A stretch of DNA of 64,000 nucleotides, from the NCBI GenBank assembly GCA_964019425.1, contig OZ025792.1, positions 62,001 to 126,000 on the forward strand, written 5' to 3'. This DNA is from Flectonema sp. DT1601 (lineage: Eukaryota). The number at the start of each line of letters is the position of its first letter. Within the stretch, counting starts at the first letter, position 1. The position numbers were made by a program, and so were the translations under genes. The notes under the pieces are model-generated. The model did no database searches. It saw only the letters and a list, made by a program, of their open reading frames with translations, and had not been told where the DNA came from. Positions 1 through 9,588 of the stretch are shown here, piece by piece.

Positions 1-97
1 GTATGTCGAGACAACGATCAGAGTCAGTAGAAAGAGTATACTAATTTACGGTGTATTTTTGAGTGACGAAGAAAGAAGTTTCCATTTTATCTTCCCG

Positions 98-168
<71 letters not shown>
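98..168 (+). repeat. 71-nt poly(A) tract abutting the TIR element
   Basis: Uninterrupted A run seen directly. Confidence 0.95.
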
Positions 169-171
<3 letters not shown>

Positions 172-411
172 ATCATACTTGTACCCCTTTAAAGGGGAAT
201 TAAAAATTAAAGCGGAAATAAAGGGCTTTTAATATTAAAGGGCTTTTAATTAATTCCCCTTTATTTTCCAATTTAATGAAATAAAGGGGAATTAAAGGGG
301 ATTTAATGAATTAAAGGGCCCTTTATTTTAAAATTAAAGGGGATTTAATTCCCCTTTAATTTGGAAAAATAAAAATAAAGGGCTTTTAATGGTTTTTAAT
401 TAAAAAAAAAA

Positions 412-483
412 TCCTCCACCAGGACTCGAACCTGCAGCCTAGCGAATGCAAATCCACAATCATACCAGTGGACAACCAGTGTC
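412..483 (-). pseudogene. tRNA-derived Pol III-like unit inside the TIR element
   Basis: The minus strand has an A-box-like TGGTTGTCCACTGGTATGA and a B-box GGTTCGAGTCC within a T-arm (CAGG/CCTG) at tRNA spacing. TGC sits at the anticodon position and a T10 run follows (402-411). The acceptor and anticodon stems do not pair properly. Confidence 0.65.
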
Positions 484-2136
484 ACTTAAAAAAGTTTTTT
501 TTTTTTTTTTTTTTTTTTTTTTGGTTACACTCGTCTGTGCTACCAAACTCTTTGTTTTTGTTCTTTTCACTTCTATGTTTTGTCTTTCTTTTATACTTTC
601 TTTTTGACTTAAGTCTGACAGTTTTTTTTTAATTTTCTTTCCTATATTCTTATTGCGGGAATTATCCTTGCAAGGAATTTCTCCTCAAAAATCGTTATTT
701 CACAAGATTCTTCTCCCACAAAAATAATTCCTGATCAAGGAAAATTTTTTACTGGGGGTTTCCTTTGGTTATCTGGTAAGGAATTATTATTGTGAGGAAT
801 TTTTTTTTTGGAAATTTTTTTTTCAGCAAAAATTCTTGAGTTCCTCACAAGAATTTCGGCACGAGGTATTAAGTTGCTCGACCTTCGCTGTTTTTTTCGA
901 TACGTGATTAGTCCGTTAGAGGACTGTCGGTGTGAAAGGAAAGAAAGTCGGAACGGTGGCCAAAGATTAGTGAGTTGACTGAGTTGGTCAGTTACCAGCA
1001 TGGTAGCTAGCGGTTTCCTTATGATGTTAAATATCGTTATGATGATATAGTTGTATTTTACAAATCAAACTCAAACGCCCCCCTTCCTGGTGTTCGTCTT
1101 GGTGATTAATTCACAGTTGAATAACTCGATTCCGTACTGCACTGAATGACAACACGGAAAAAAGAGATGTGTATGCAGCTGAGAGGAATCGTAACTTCAA
1201 GTGCTTTTGCATTCTGAAGATTGCAATGGATGATAATTAAATCTGTCAGTGAGTATCAATTGGTGGGTAGACCACCGAAGTTACTGTGAACAAACCAGCG
1301 TGTCCAAAGCAGGCGTTCGTCTTGTATTTTACGTATAAAATCCAACAGTTAACCCCCTTCAAGTTTTCAAGACAATATAATTATTAATTAAATACTCATG
1401 GGTTTTATAAAAAACTGTTGCGGTTACATAAGCAAGTGGTGCTCAACTATGTTCACGTGGTATTTATTTATCTGCAGTCATTTACTACGCTGCCGCTGAC
1501 AGTCAAGATTGTCAGAGAAATACCTGGTCAATTTGACTTGACATCATTTTTTCTCGCAATTTTAAAATAAAAATTTTCTCCTCTCTTTAGGCTATTACTA
1601 CAAACTTTATTTTCAATCTCTCAAGACAAAAGCTTATGTGGGAACAATTAGACAGGAGCATGATATCCAAAAGTTACATGTCTGAAATCATGGAGAATAC
1701 ATTCTTTCGGAGTTGCTTTAACCAGTAGAATCAGATGCGTGGTCCGTTCCGGTAGGACTCCCTTCTTACGAATGTGTGGTGCCTCGTGTTAGCGCTTTGG
1801 ATAGTAATAACCATTGGCGGCGACTATGCACGGGGTGGCCAGTGGGTTTAATGAGGTCGTTGTGTAATCCCCTTCCATGGCTCTGTTTCGGCATGCTGGA
1901 AAGCGAAGCTCTGAAGTTTACTTCAGGTTAGTCTTGTAAGCCTATCCTTCCGGTTCAGTTCTCGGCTTGGTTGATTCCCTCGATCGTCCCATCCAGGAGT
2001 TTGTGTGCATGGTGAGGCCCTCTGGAAACCCAGCCCAGCACAAGACACCAGGCTCACGGCGAAGATTGGACCCGAAAGTAACCTTGCGTTCTGTTCTGTT
2101 GGCAAGCTCTCTGGCTGAGTGCGTTCGAAGTGAGTG

Positions 2137-3010
2137 GAATTGCTAGTTTGTTGGGTTATGTTCGTAGCAGCTTCACGGTGACGGCGGCCTTATTGAGAAT
2201 TATCCCTGGTTGTTACATGTTACGTAATGATTGGGTTCTCAAGACTGGTTGCTTGCTAATGTGAATGCTGACGTTCGAACTGTTATTCGTAGCAGCTTCA
2301 CGGTGACGGCGGCCTTATTGAGAATTATCCCTGGTTGTTACATGTTACGTAATGATTGGGTTCTCAAGACTGGTTGCTTGCTAATGTGAATGCTGACGTT
2401 CGAACTGTTATTCGTAGCAGCTTCACGGTGACGGCGGCCTTATTGAGAATTATCCCTGGTTGTTACATGTTGAAAGTTGCAGGTTAACTGTGGCTGATGC
2501 ACGTAATGGTTGGGTTCTCAAGACTGGTTGCTTGCTAATGTGAATGCTGACGTTCGAACTGCCCCGACTTTCGAGTAGTTTCCTTTTCCGGCGTGTAACA
2601 ATCCCGACTGACGAAAAAAGTTGGAGGAATTGCTAGTTTGTTGGGTTATATTCGTAGCAGCTTCACGGTGACGGCGGCCTTACTGAGAATTATCCCTGGT
2701 TGTTACGTGTTGAAAGTCACAGGTTATAGCGTCAAAATAACACTCGCGTGGGTGGTTGCTCTCTTCGGAAAGCATAACTTCAGACCCGTCAATTCGCGGC
2801 GCTTATATCTGCACACATTAATTAGTTGAACGAGTTCAAGTCACTTCCCTGCATAGCAGATCCGTGTCCTCTGTACTAACGCTATACTAAGTGTGACTGT
2901 GACTGATACACGTAATGGTTGGGTTCTTTAAGTACTCAGGACTGGTTGCTTGCTGATGTGAATGCTGACGTTCGAACTGCCCCGACTTTCGAGTAATTTT
3001 CCTTTCCGGC
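2137..3010. repeat. 125-bp tandem repeats plus dispersed partial copies inside the TIR element
   Basis: TTCGTAGCAGCTTCACGGTGACGGCGGCC starts at 2161, 2286, 2411 (period 125) and 2651. The ACGTAATG...GACGTTCGAACTG block recurs near 2500 and 2910. Confidence 0.9.
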
Positions 3011-3264
3011 TTAGGATGACGCAGCGTGGTGGGTGCCTTGGGATTTATTAAATAAAGCGGAAATAAAGGGGCTTTCCCACCCCCCTTTATTCCGCTTATT
3101 TCCCCTTTATTTCCCCTTTATTTTGGAAAAAAAGGAAAAAAAGCCCTTTATTTGGATTAAAAGCCCTTTATTTCCCCTTTATTTTGGAATTACGGAAATT
3201 AAAGGGCATTAAAAGCCCTTTAATTTCCCCTTTATTTTGCCCCCTTTAAAGGGGTACAAGTATG

Positions 3265-6200
3265 ATTTATTTATTTATTTATTTATTTAGTCACATCCCC
3301 CCTGTCTTTCTACTTTGTTTTTATTCTTTCTGAGCATACTCGCTCTTCTTATTTTTTAACTAAGTAAATAAGCAACAACGAGTGCAACTGTTGTGAGTCC
3401 GTTGGAGGACTTCCCCGGATAGGAAGCTCACGACACTGTAAGTACAAAGCGAATGATCAATACGGAGACGGTGGCCAAAGACCACTGGGTTACCTGCGAG
3501 CTATGAAGCTCTACGGATGTCCTCAGAGAGTTATTAGGAGATGAATTAGGAGTGATGTATGAGTATGATATACTAAAAAGATAGTAACTTCTGATAACAG
3601 CTTGTTGCCGTCCATTGTTCTAAATGCCATATGAAGCCAGCGAGGGAATGTAAGTTCCTCGTAGCGAACATAAATAGCAGGCTGTGTTCCTTCTTTGAAA
3701 TCTTCGCTTCTTCCATGACAGATCCAATTGTTCCATTTCTGATGCGTACCAGAGCAGAGTTCATGCAGTTAAACATCAAGTGTCTAGGTGATGAGTCCGT
3801 CCGTCTACAAAAAGGGCACTTCAGTTGTACGCCTTTGTCTCTCAGCAAGGGGTGTGAACCCGTTCTGAATTGTGCAATTCTTACTTCCGAAGCCCTCAGC
3901 ATGTCTTTCGGATATCTGGCAGTTCTCAATCCTCCGGTCGCCTCCAGATACTGTCTGAGCATCACCCGTTTCATTGGAGGCTTTGCCTTCTCGGAGGCTT
4001 CCATCATCTTTCCTATCAACTTCCTGTGAGACTCCCTTGCTACCCTTGATTTGTGGGCGAAGAAATCCATGGTCGTTGAGACCGGTTTACTTTCGGCATC
4101 CTTCGAGACTTCTTTGGCCAGCTTATCAGCCTTATCGTGTGGTTCAATCCCCACATGGGCCGGGATAAACTGGAGATGCACCTGTGTCTTCAGATCCCTA
4201 ATGCTTTCCAGTATTAACAGAGAGTTCAACTTCCTCTGGGCAACAATCCCTCCATTGAGTTCCTCCAGGTTGGATTTCGAGTCACTGAAGATTCTGGTAA
4301 TACCTGACCTGGGACCCAAGATCGAGTCAGCTTTGCCAATTTCTCTCATCAGCAGTTTGAGTGTTACTTGTTCAGCCTTGTAGCTGCTTTCAGTAGCTAC
4401 AAGTCTTGACGACATCGTTCTCTCAGTTGGTGAGACCTGTACTGCTGCCGCACCCGCAGTGTAGTTAGCAGGATCATGTGAGCCGTCCACATATATAGCC
4501 GAGTTGCAAGGGACTAGGTCCCTGCAGTATTCCTCAAATTTGTTCCTATCCACATCTGCATCACCGGTCTTGTTATGACCATACCCACAGGATATCTCTA
4601 GATTTGGTACATCCGCCCAGGGTTCGATGCTGTCAGGTTGAACTATTCCTTGGAGGGCGATGTTACAATCTTCCTGCGGCAACTTAGAACTCCAGAATCC
4701 TTTCGCTATTCGGTTCGTCGAACGTACCCACTTCAGCGATCTATATCTAAACAGGGCAGTTCTGGCCTGTTTTTCTATTATCAGTTTCAAAGGGAGCATG
4801 TTCGCCTCCAAGAGCAGTGGGAGAGACCTGGTGTAGATGCTGCAACCCGTTATCCTTCTCGCAATCTTCTTCAGATTCAAGTCCACAAGATCAATCTGAC
4901 CCTCAGATAGGAAAGGACCGAAGCTCTCCAGCCCATATGACAGCCTTGAAAGTATGTACAGGTTCTTGACCATGCACAGCGTCTTAAAATCAAAATCATA
5001 CTGTTCTAGTTTCCCCAGGAGTGCAAGACCCTTCCTGGTCTCATCCAGCATCTTTCCGACCTGTGTTCCATAAGATAAATCACCATCAATGTGCACCCCC
5101 AGGTATTTAACGCTGTCTACCATCGGCATCAGTACTGCGGTTAACAACTTTACTCTCAGCTTACTTGATCCATCAGGAAAAATTGCAAGCAGGTCCTTCG
5201 TATTAGCAACTTCGGTATCATCCACCTTGAGAATGGTTTCTCCACTACCCAGAATTGGCCTTCCAAACTCATTCGGTCTGATCATCTTAGCTAGATCCCC
5301 CCTGCTTACAACGTAATAATTATCCTTTGCAGTCCTGGGGAAGCCCAGTCTCCAGTAGATATCCTTCGGGCAGCGCACAGGCATACCACATGTCTTAGAG
5401 ACGGACAGTGCCATATCATTGGTTTTGCACCAGCTATCCACAAGTCCAAGGATCCATTGCGCCTTCTTATTGGTTAAATTAACGTCCTTATCAGAGACTA
5501 CACAAGCGGTGTCATCTGCATAAAGAGCCGAAACTGAGCCAGTCTTCTCCAACAACTTCGCCAGGTCATCAACATAAATCAGGTATAGCAGCGGACCGAT
5601 AATCGATCCTTGGGGAACCCCCCTCGTTACCGTTCTGTAGGAGCTAAGGTTGCCATTCGCACTCACTCTTGCCTGCCTGCCCTTCAGGAAGTCAACTACC
5701 CATGCAATGAACGGGGAGGGAATACGCATGTTCTTCATCTTCTTGATCAGTTTCTCATGATTAATTCTATCAAATGCTTCCGTGAAGTCGAACGACAGCA
5801 GAACAGAGCTCTTGTTCTTTTCACTGGCCTCATGAAGAGCGTTGACTAACATTGAAATCTGCTCACACGTATTCCTTCCTCTTCTAAAACCCGCCTGGAT
5901 AGACGACAGGGCATTGTTCTGGGTAAGCCAATACATCAACCTATCATAAATCACTCTTTCAAGTACTTTACCCACCACCGAGGTCAACGTGATCGGTCTG
6001 AAACTTGCGATCTTATCTTTTGGCTTTCCTGGTTTGTAAACTGGCTTGATAAGACCCTCCTTCCAGATCCTCGGTACCTTTGACGTTAGCCACGATTCAT
6101 TGAATAACGCCAGGAGGAAATCCATTCCTATCACCGATAAGTTCTTCAACATTATCCCATGGATTCCATCTGGACCTGGTGCTTTCCCGGGCCTTACCTT

Positions 6201-7334
6201 CTTGATGGCTCGCTTCAGTTCAGTCATTGTTAGATTCCCTCCGATTTTGGCGAAGTCGCTGCTCTTCGTATTCGGAGGTCCTAGTTTACGTTTTGTCGGG
6301 GTCTTAACAAATTGTTCCAAGAACTTCGCAGGTAGTTGGTTCTCGTCAAACTCCGGAATGTGAATTTCACGTCCTTCATCCGTCTCAAGGTCCTTTATCT
6401 TTTTGAACGCATATGCAAAGCCTTCACCTTTTGCTAGCCGTTCAGCGATAAATTTTCCCTTCGCACGCTTGGTATCAGGGGTGGAAGCGTTCCACATTCT
6501 TCTTCTCTTCCCTTTGATCCGAAGCCTTCTCCTAACGTACCTCTTCGCTACTCCAAGAACGATTCTGTTGAACGTTACCGCTCTTCTCCCAATGCTCGCA
6601 GAGTTGTTTACCTTTCCAAACCTGTAGTCTAGTTCATGTTCATATGAGTACCAATCAGCTGTATTGAAGTCCCAGACCGATCTCTTCGTCGCGTGGTTGC
6701 CCGAAGGCTCAAGGGGTGAGAGTGTATCGAAGGTAGCAGAGAGTGGTGAATGATCTGAACCGTGCTCAATTCCTTCACCTACCAGCTCAAAGTTAAGCAG
6801 TTGAATCTCCTCGTGGTGCAGGATCAGATCGGGCGAGGTCCCATGTCTCGGCAGTGTCGCTAGACCTGGCGGGTTCGCAATCAGGAGGTCCTCTTGCCCT
6901 GTCCAGTTGAGAAGGTCACATCCTTTTACGTCGGTTTTCTTGGACCAGTACCTATGGTGTGCGTTGAAGTCACCAGCGAGAATGAACTTGCCAACACGTT
7001 TCAGGGAGAATAGTTCAAAATTTATCCTCGAGCTCGGTGGGGAGTAGATGTTGAGAATACTTACGTCTTCGTTAATTCTGACCCCCATCGACTCGACGGT
7101 TCCTCTCATCGACGGTATGGAGATATCAAAGCAATCATGTTGAATTCCTCGTTTTATTAAAGTGATCAGGCCACCTCCCCTTCCTGGCCTATCCCTCCTG
7201 TAGCAAACGTAGTTCCAATGAAACAATGCCATCCTGCAAGAAGTCTCCTGAAGGCAAAGTACGTCGGGGTCAAGCTTACTCAAGATGTGTCCAATGAACT
7301 CCATTTTGTTCGAGATGGTGCGACAATTCCAACT
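3265..7334 (-). mobile_element. Non-LTR retrotransposon (I-group-like: APE-RT-RNase H-CCHC), 5'-truncated at the start of the endonuclease, (TAAA)n tail
   Basis: The ORF is followed by a ~280-nt 3' UTR shared with the second copy and a (TAAA)n tail at 3265-3289. In-frame SWNCR (APE motif 1) lies at 7320-7334, directly after a stop codon and an A-rich junction. Confidence 0.93.
3573..7304 (-). CDS. LINE ORF2-type polyprotein: AP endonuclease, reverse transcriptase, RNase H, C-terminal CCHC finger
   Basis: APE motifs LCLQET, GDFNAH and SDHSP. RT motifs KAPGPDG, FRPITLTS, QAGFR, AFDRI, GVPQGS, YADD and KYLGV. RNase H motifs YVDGS, FSDS and PAHVG...DKADKLAK. C-terminal CPFC-x8-H-x4-C. Confidence 0.96.
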   Translation of the reverse strand: MEFIGHILSKLDPDVLCLQETSCRMALFHWNYVCYRRDRPGRGGGLITLIKRGIQHDCFDISIPSMRGTVESMGVRINEDVSILNIYSPPSSRINFELFSLKRVGKFILAGDFNAHHRYWSKKTDVKGCDLLNWTGQEDLLIANPPGLATLPRHGTSPDLILHHEEIQLLNFELVGEGIEHGSDHSPLSATFDTLSPLEPSGNHATKRSVWDFNTADWYSYEHELDYRFGKVNNSASIGRRAVTFNRIVLGVAKRYVRRRLRIKGKRRRMWNASTPDTKRAKGKFIAERLAKGEGFAYAFKKIKDLETDEGREIHIPEFDENQLPAKFLEQFVKTPTKRKLGPPNTKSSDFAKIGGNLTMTELKRAIKKVRPGKAPGPDGIHGIMLKNLSVIGMDFLLALFNESWLTSKVPRIWKEGLIKPVYKPGKPKDKIASFRPITLTSVVGKVLERVIYDRLMYWLTQNNALSSIQAGFRRGRNTCEQISMLVNALHEASEKNKSSVLLSFDFTEAFDRINHEKLIKKMKNMRIPSPFIAWVVDFLKGRQARVSANGNLSSYRTVTRGVPQGSIIGPLLYLIYVDDLAKLLEKTGSVSALYADDTACVVSDKDVNLTNKKAQWILGLVDSWCKTNDMALSVSKTCGMPVRCPKDIYWRLGFPRTAKDNYYVVSRGDLAKMIRPNEFGRPILGSGETILKVDDTEVANTKDLLAIFPDGSSKLRVKLLTAVLMPMVDSVKYLGVHIDGDLSYGTQVGKMLDETRKGLALLGKLEQYDFDFKTLCMVKNLYILSRLSYGLESFGPFLSEGQIDLVDLNLKKIARRITGCSIYTRSLPLLLEANMLPLKLIIEKQARTALFRYRSLKWVRSTNRIAKGFWSSKLPQEDCNIALQGIVQPDSIEPWADVPNLEISCGYGHNKTGDADVDRNKFEEYCRDLVPCNSAIYVDGSHDPANYTAGAAAVQVSPTERTMSSRLVATESSYKAEQVTLKLLMREIGKADSILGPRSGITRIFSDSKSNLEELNGGIVAQRKLNSLLILESIRDLKTQVHLQFIPAHVGIEPHDKADKLAKEVSKDAESKPVSTTMDFFAHKSRVARESHRKLIGKMMEASEKAKPPMKRVMLRQYLEATGGLRTARYPKDMLRASEVRIAQFRTGSHPLLRDKGVQLKCPFCRRTDSSPRHLMFNCMNSALVRIRNGTIGSVMEEAKISKKEHSLLFMFATRNLHSLAGFIWHLEQWTATSCYQKLLSF

Positions 7335-7351
7335 TCATAAATAAAAAAAAA

Positions 7352-8441
7352 AGTGAATTTGAAAAAGCAACCTCTGTCTTGGGTCCCAGATCTGGAATCA
7401 CGAGAGTCTTCAGTGATTCTAAATCCAATCTGGATGAGCTGCGTGGTGGAATTGCGGCTCAGAGGAAGCTGAACTCTCTCTCGATACTAGAAGGGATAAG
7501 AAAATTAGACTCATTCGTTCACCTTCAATTCATCCCAGCTCATGTGGGAATTGAACCGCATGACAAGGCAGATGAACTGGCGAAAAAGATCTCAAAAGAT
7601 GTTAAGAGCAAGCCGGTGTCAACGACTATGGACTTCTTCGCACATAAGTCAAGGATAGCGAGGGAAGCTAACAGAAAGCTGTTTGGTAAGATTATGGAGG
7701 GTTCAACAAGGGCGAAACCACCGATCAAACGGGTGATGCTTAGGCAATATCTTGATGCTACCGGAGGCCTGAGAGCGGCTCGATACCCCAAGGACATGCT
7801 GAGAGAATCAGAGATAAGGATAGCCAGGTTCAGAACGGGCTCTCACCCCCTGCTCAGGGTAAATGAACTACCGATAAAGTGCCCCTTCTGCAAAAGAACA
7901 GACTCTTCTGCCCGACATCTAATATTTGATTGCGAGGATGGTGACGTGGTCCGCATTAGAGAAGGAACAATTAGATCAAACATTCAGGAAGCGAGAATCT
8001 CCGAGACCAAACTAAATCTTTCAATAATGTTTGCGACGAGAAATCTTCACGCCCTAGCCGGCTACTTATGGCATTTGGAACAACGAACAGGCTTATCAAA
8101 CTGTTAACTGATTGGTAGTTGCTAATTCATTAGTATCATTCTTCCTTATCACACTCCTTAATCAACTCCTAATTTCTCTGAGGACATCCGCAGAGCTTCA
8201 TGGCTCGTAGGTAACCCAGTGGTCTTTGGCCACCGTCCCTGTACTGATCCTTCGCTTTATATTAACTGTGTCTTGAGATTCCTATCCGGGGAAGTCCTCC
8301 AACGGACTCAGGACAGTTGCGCTTGTTTTTACTTGTTTACTTTATCAAAAAATAAGAAGGGCAAGAATGCTCAGAATGAAGAAAAATAAAGTGGAAAGAC
8401 AGGGGGGATGTGACTAAATAAATAAATAAAAAAAAAAAAAA
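7352..8441 (+). mobile_element. Second, divergent, heavily 5'-truncated copy of the same LINE family (RNase H C-half, CCHC, 3' UTR, (TAAA)n/poly(A) tail)
   Basis: ORF 7379-8107 aligns with the C-terminus of 3573-7304 (18 differences over the first ~100 aa, counted by eye). Its 3' UTR matches and ends in GGATGTGAC-(TAAA)n-An. Confidence 0.92.
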
Positions 8442-8450
8442 CAAGGAGGG

Positions 8451-8522
8451 GGTTCAGTGGTCTAGTGGCATGATTCTCGCTTAGGGTGCGAGAGGTCCGG
8501 GGTTCAATTCCCCGCTGAGCCC
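8451..8522 (+). tRNA. tRNA-Pro(AGG)
   Basis: Complete cloverleaf: acceptor GGTTCAG/CTGAGCC, anticodon arm CTCGC-TTAGGGT-GCGAG, T arm CGGGG-TTCAATT-CCCCG. TTTT follows at 8527-8530. Confidence 0.97.
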
Positions 8523-8638
8523 GATATTTTCGAAGTTTCAATGCTAAAAAGGGCAACCGTGAACATTTGGATTCATCTGAAGAATAAAGTAAGAATAATA
8601 GGTTCTGGCAGCGGATACTATAAAATGTGCCACGAAAA

Positions 8639-9277
8639 TTATACATGCCTGGGGACCGCTTCTTTCACAGGCATCAATGACTGAACAAGGAATATCATGA
8701 TAAATACCAAAGCCGAACACACAAAAACAATCTTCCCAATGAACTGTCTGTTAATCAAACCAGACTCGCCTGCTATCCATTCTTGAACACATGAGGGGTT
8801 AGAAGGAACCACAGTGCGTCCCCAATTAGTTATTAGCTGTCCTGTAGAAGCATTGATTACATGCAACGTAGGCATCATGCTCGTACCGAGACTCTTTATC
8901 AATTCTCTTCTTGCTGAAGACGCAAAAGGAACTGCCAAAAACGGGTATTGGGAATGATAGGTTTTGAAGGCACCCTCTTCGCGGTCTCCAGATATTAATA
9001 CTATTCTAATAGAGCTTTCACCGTCGCAAACTCGAGCGAGCTGTGGGGAAAAGGTCCTGTTGTTTGATTATTTTTTCACGTCATCGTACGTTTACAACTG
9101 AAAAATCACATACCTGCAAGGAGGACACCAAGATGCGGAGAGGTACAATCCAATAACTTTTACTCCAGCAAATTCCTCCTCAAAATCTATTGCCTCACCG
9201 TTACTCTGAATCAACCCGCAACTGCGTAGCAACCCTAATTGCGTGCTAGAACGGTCCCTCATCGGGTCGTCCTGCAT
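8639..9277 (-). CDS. Tryparedoxin/nucleoredoxin-like thioredoxin with C-terminal transmembrane anchor (2 exons)
   Basis: Exons 9277-9114 and 9056-8639 with a 57-nt GT-AG intron (9057-9113). The spliced product reads GLYLSASWCPPCRTFSPQL...IVLISGDR...FLAVPF, with a hydrophobic tail IVFVCSALVFIMIFLV. Confidence 0.88.
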
Positions 9278-9588
9278 GCGATTTGTACGAAGAGTTATTT
9301 TGAATTCTGTGTTCGCCCAAATATGTCGGACGTTCTGTTAAGAAATTGAATTAGAGTGCTGAAAAACCGTTGATTATTGCTTTCGTGTCTGTTGTCTAAC
9401 CTGCAGAAAGTGTAGTTAAAGCACATAAAACATCCAGAAGAAGCTAACTCTACAAAATGGGGAAAAAAGAAATCGTCGTAAATACCAACGAATAACAATA
9501 ACAATCGCTCGTGCTAAAATGTAACAGAGTATTTCACGGGTATATTACCCGTGAAAGATGGAGCAAAGGTTGAAGAAGCGGTAGCTTA

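Larger units (their letters stand above)
174..3264. mobile_element. Non-autonomous DNA transposon with 24-bp terminal inverted repeats
   Basis: CATACTTGTACCCCTTTAAAGGGG at 174-197 has its exact reverse complement at 3241-3264. ATTTAT flanks both ends (168-173, 3265-3270). TAAAGGGG/CCCCTTTA subterminal motifs cluster at about 174-400 and 3050-3264. No transposase ORF is present. Confidence 0.85.

Noticed and set aside
412..483. Functional tRNA-Ala(TGC)
   Set aside because: The acceptor and anticodon stems do not pair.
2137..3010. CRISPR-like array
   Set aside because: The units are wholly repeated with no unique spacers, the context is eukaryotic, and there are no cas genes.
8178..8415. Hammerhead ribozyme in the LINE 3' UTR (CUGAGGA motif)
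   Set aside because: No stem II followed by GAAA in the required geometry.
8371..8646. 91-aa ORF containing AQRGIEPRTSRT
   Set aside because: It is the antisense translation of tRNA-Pro and the LINE tail.
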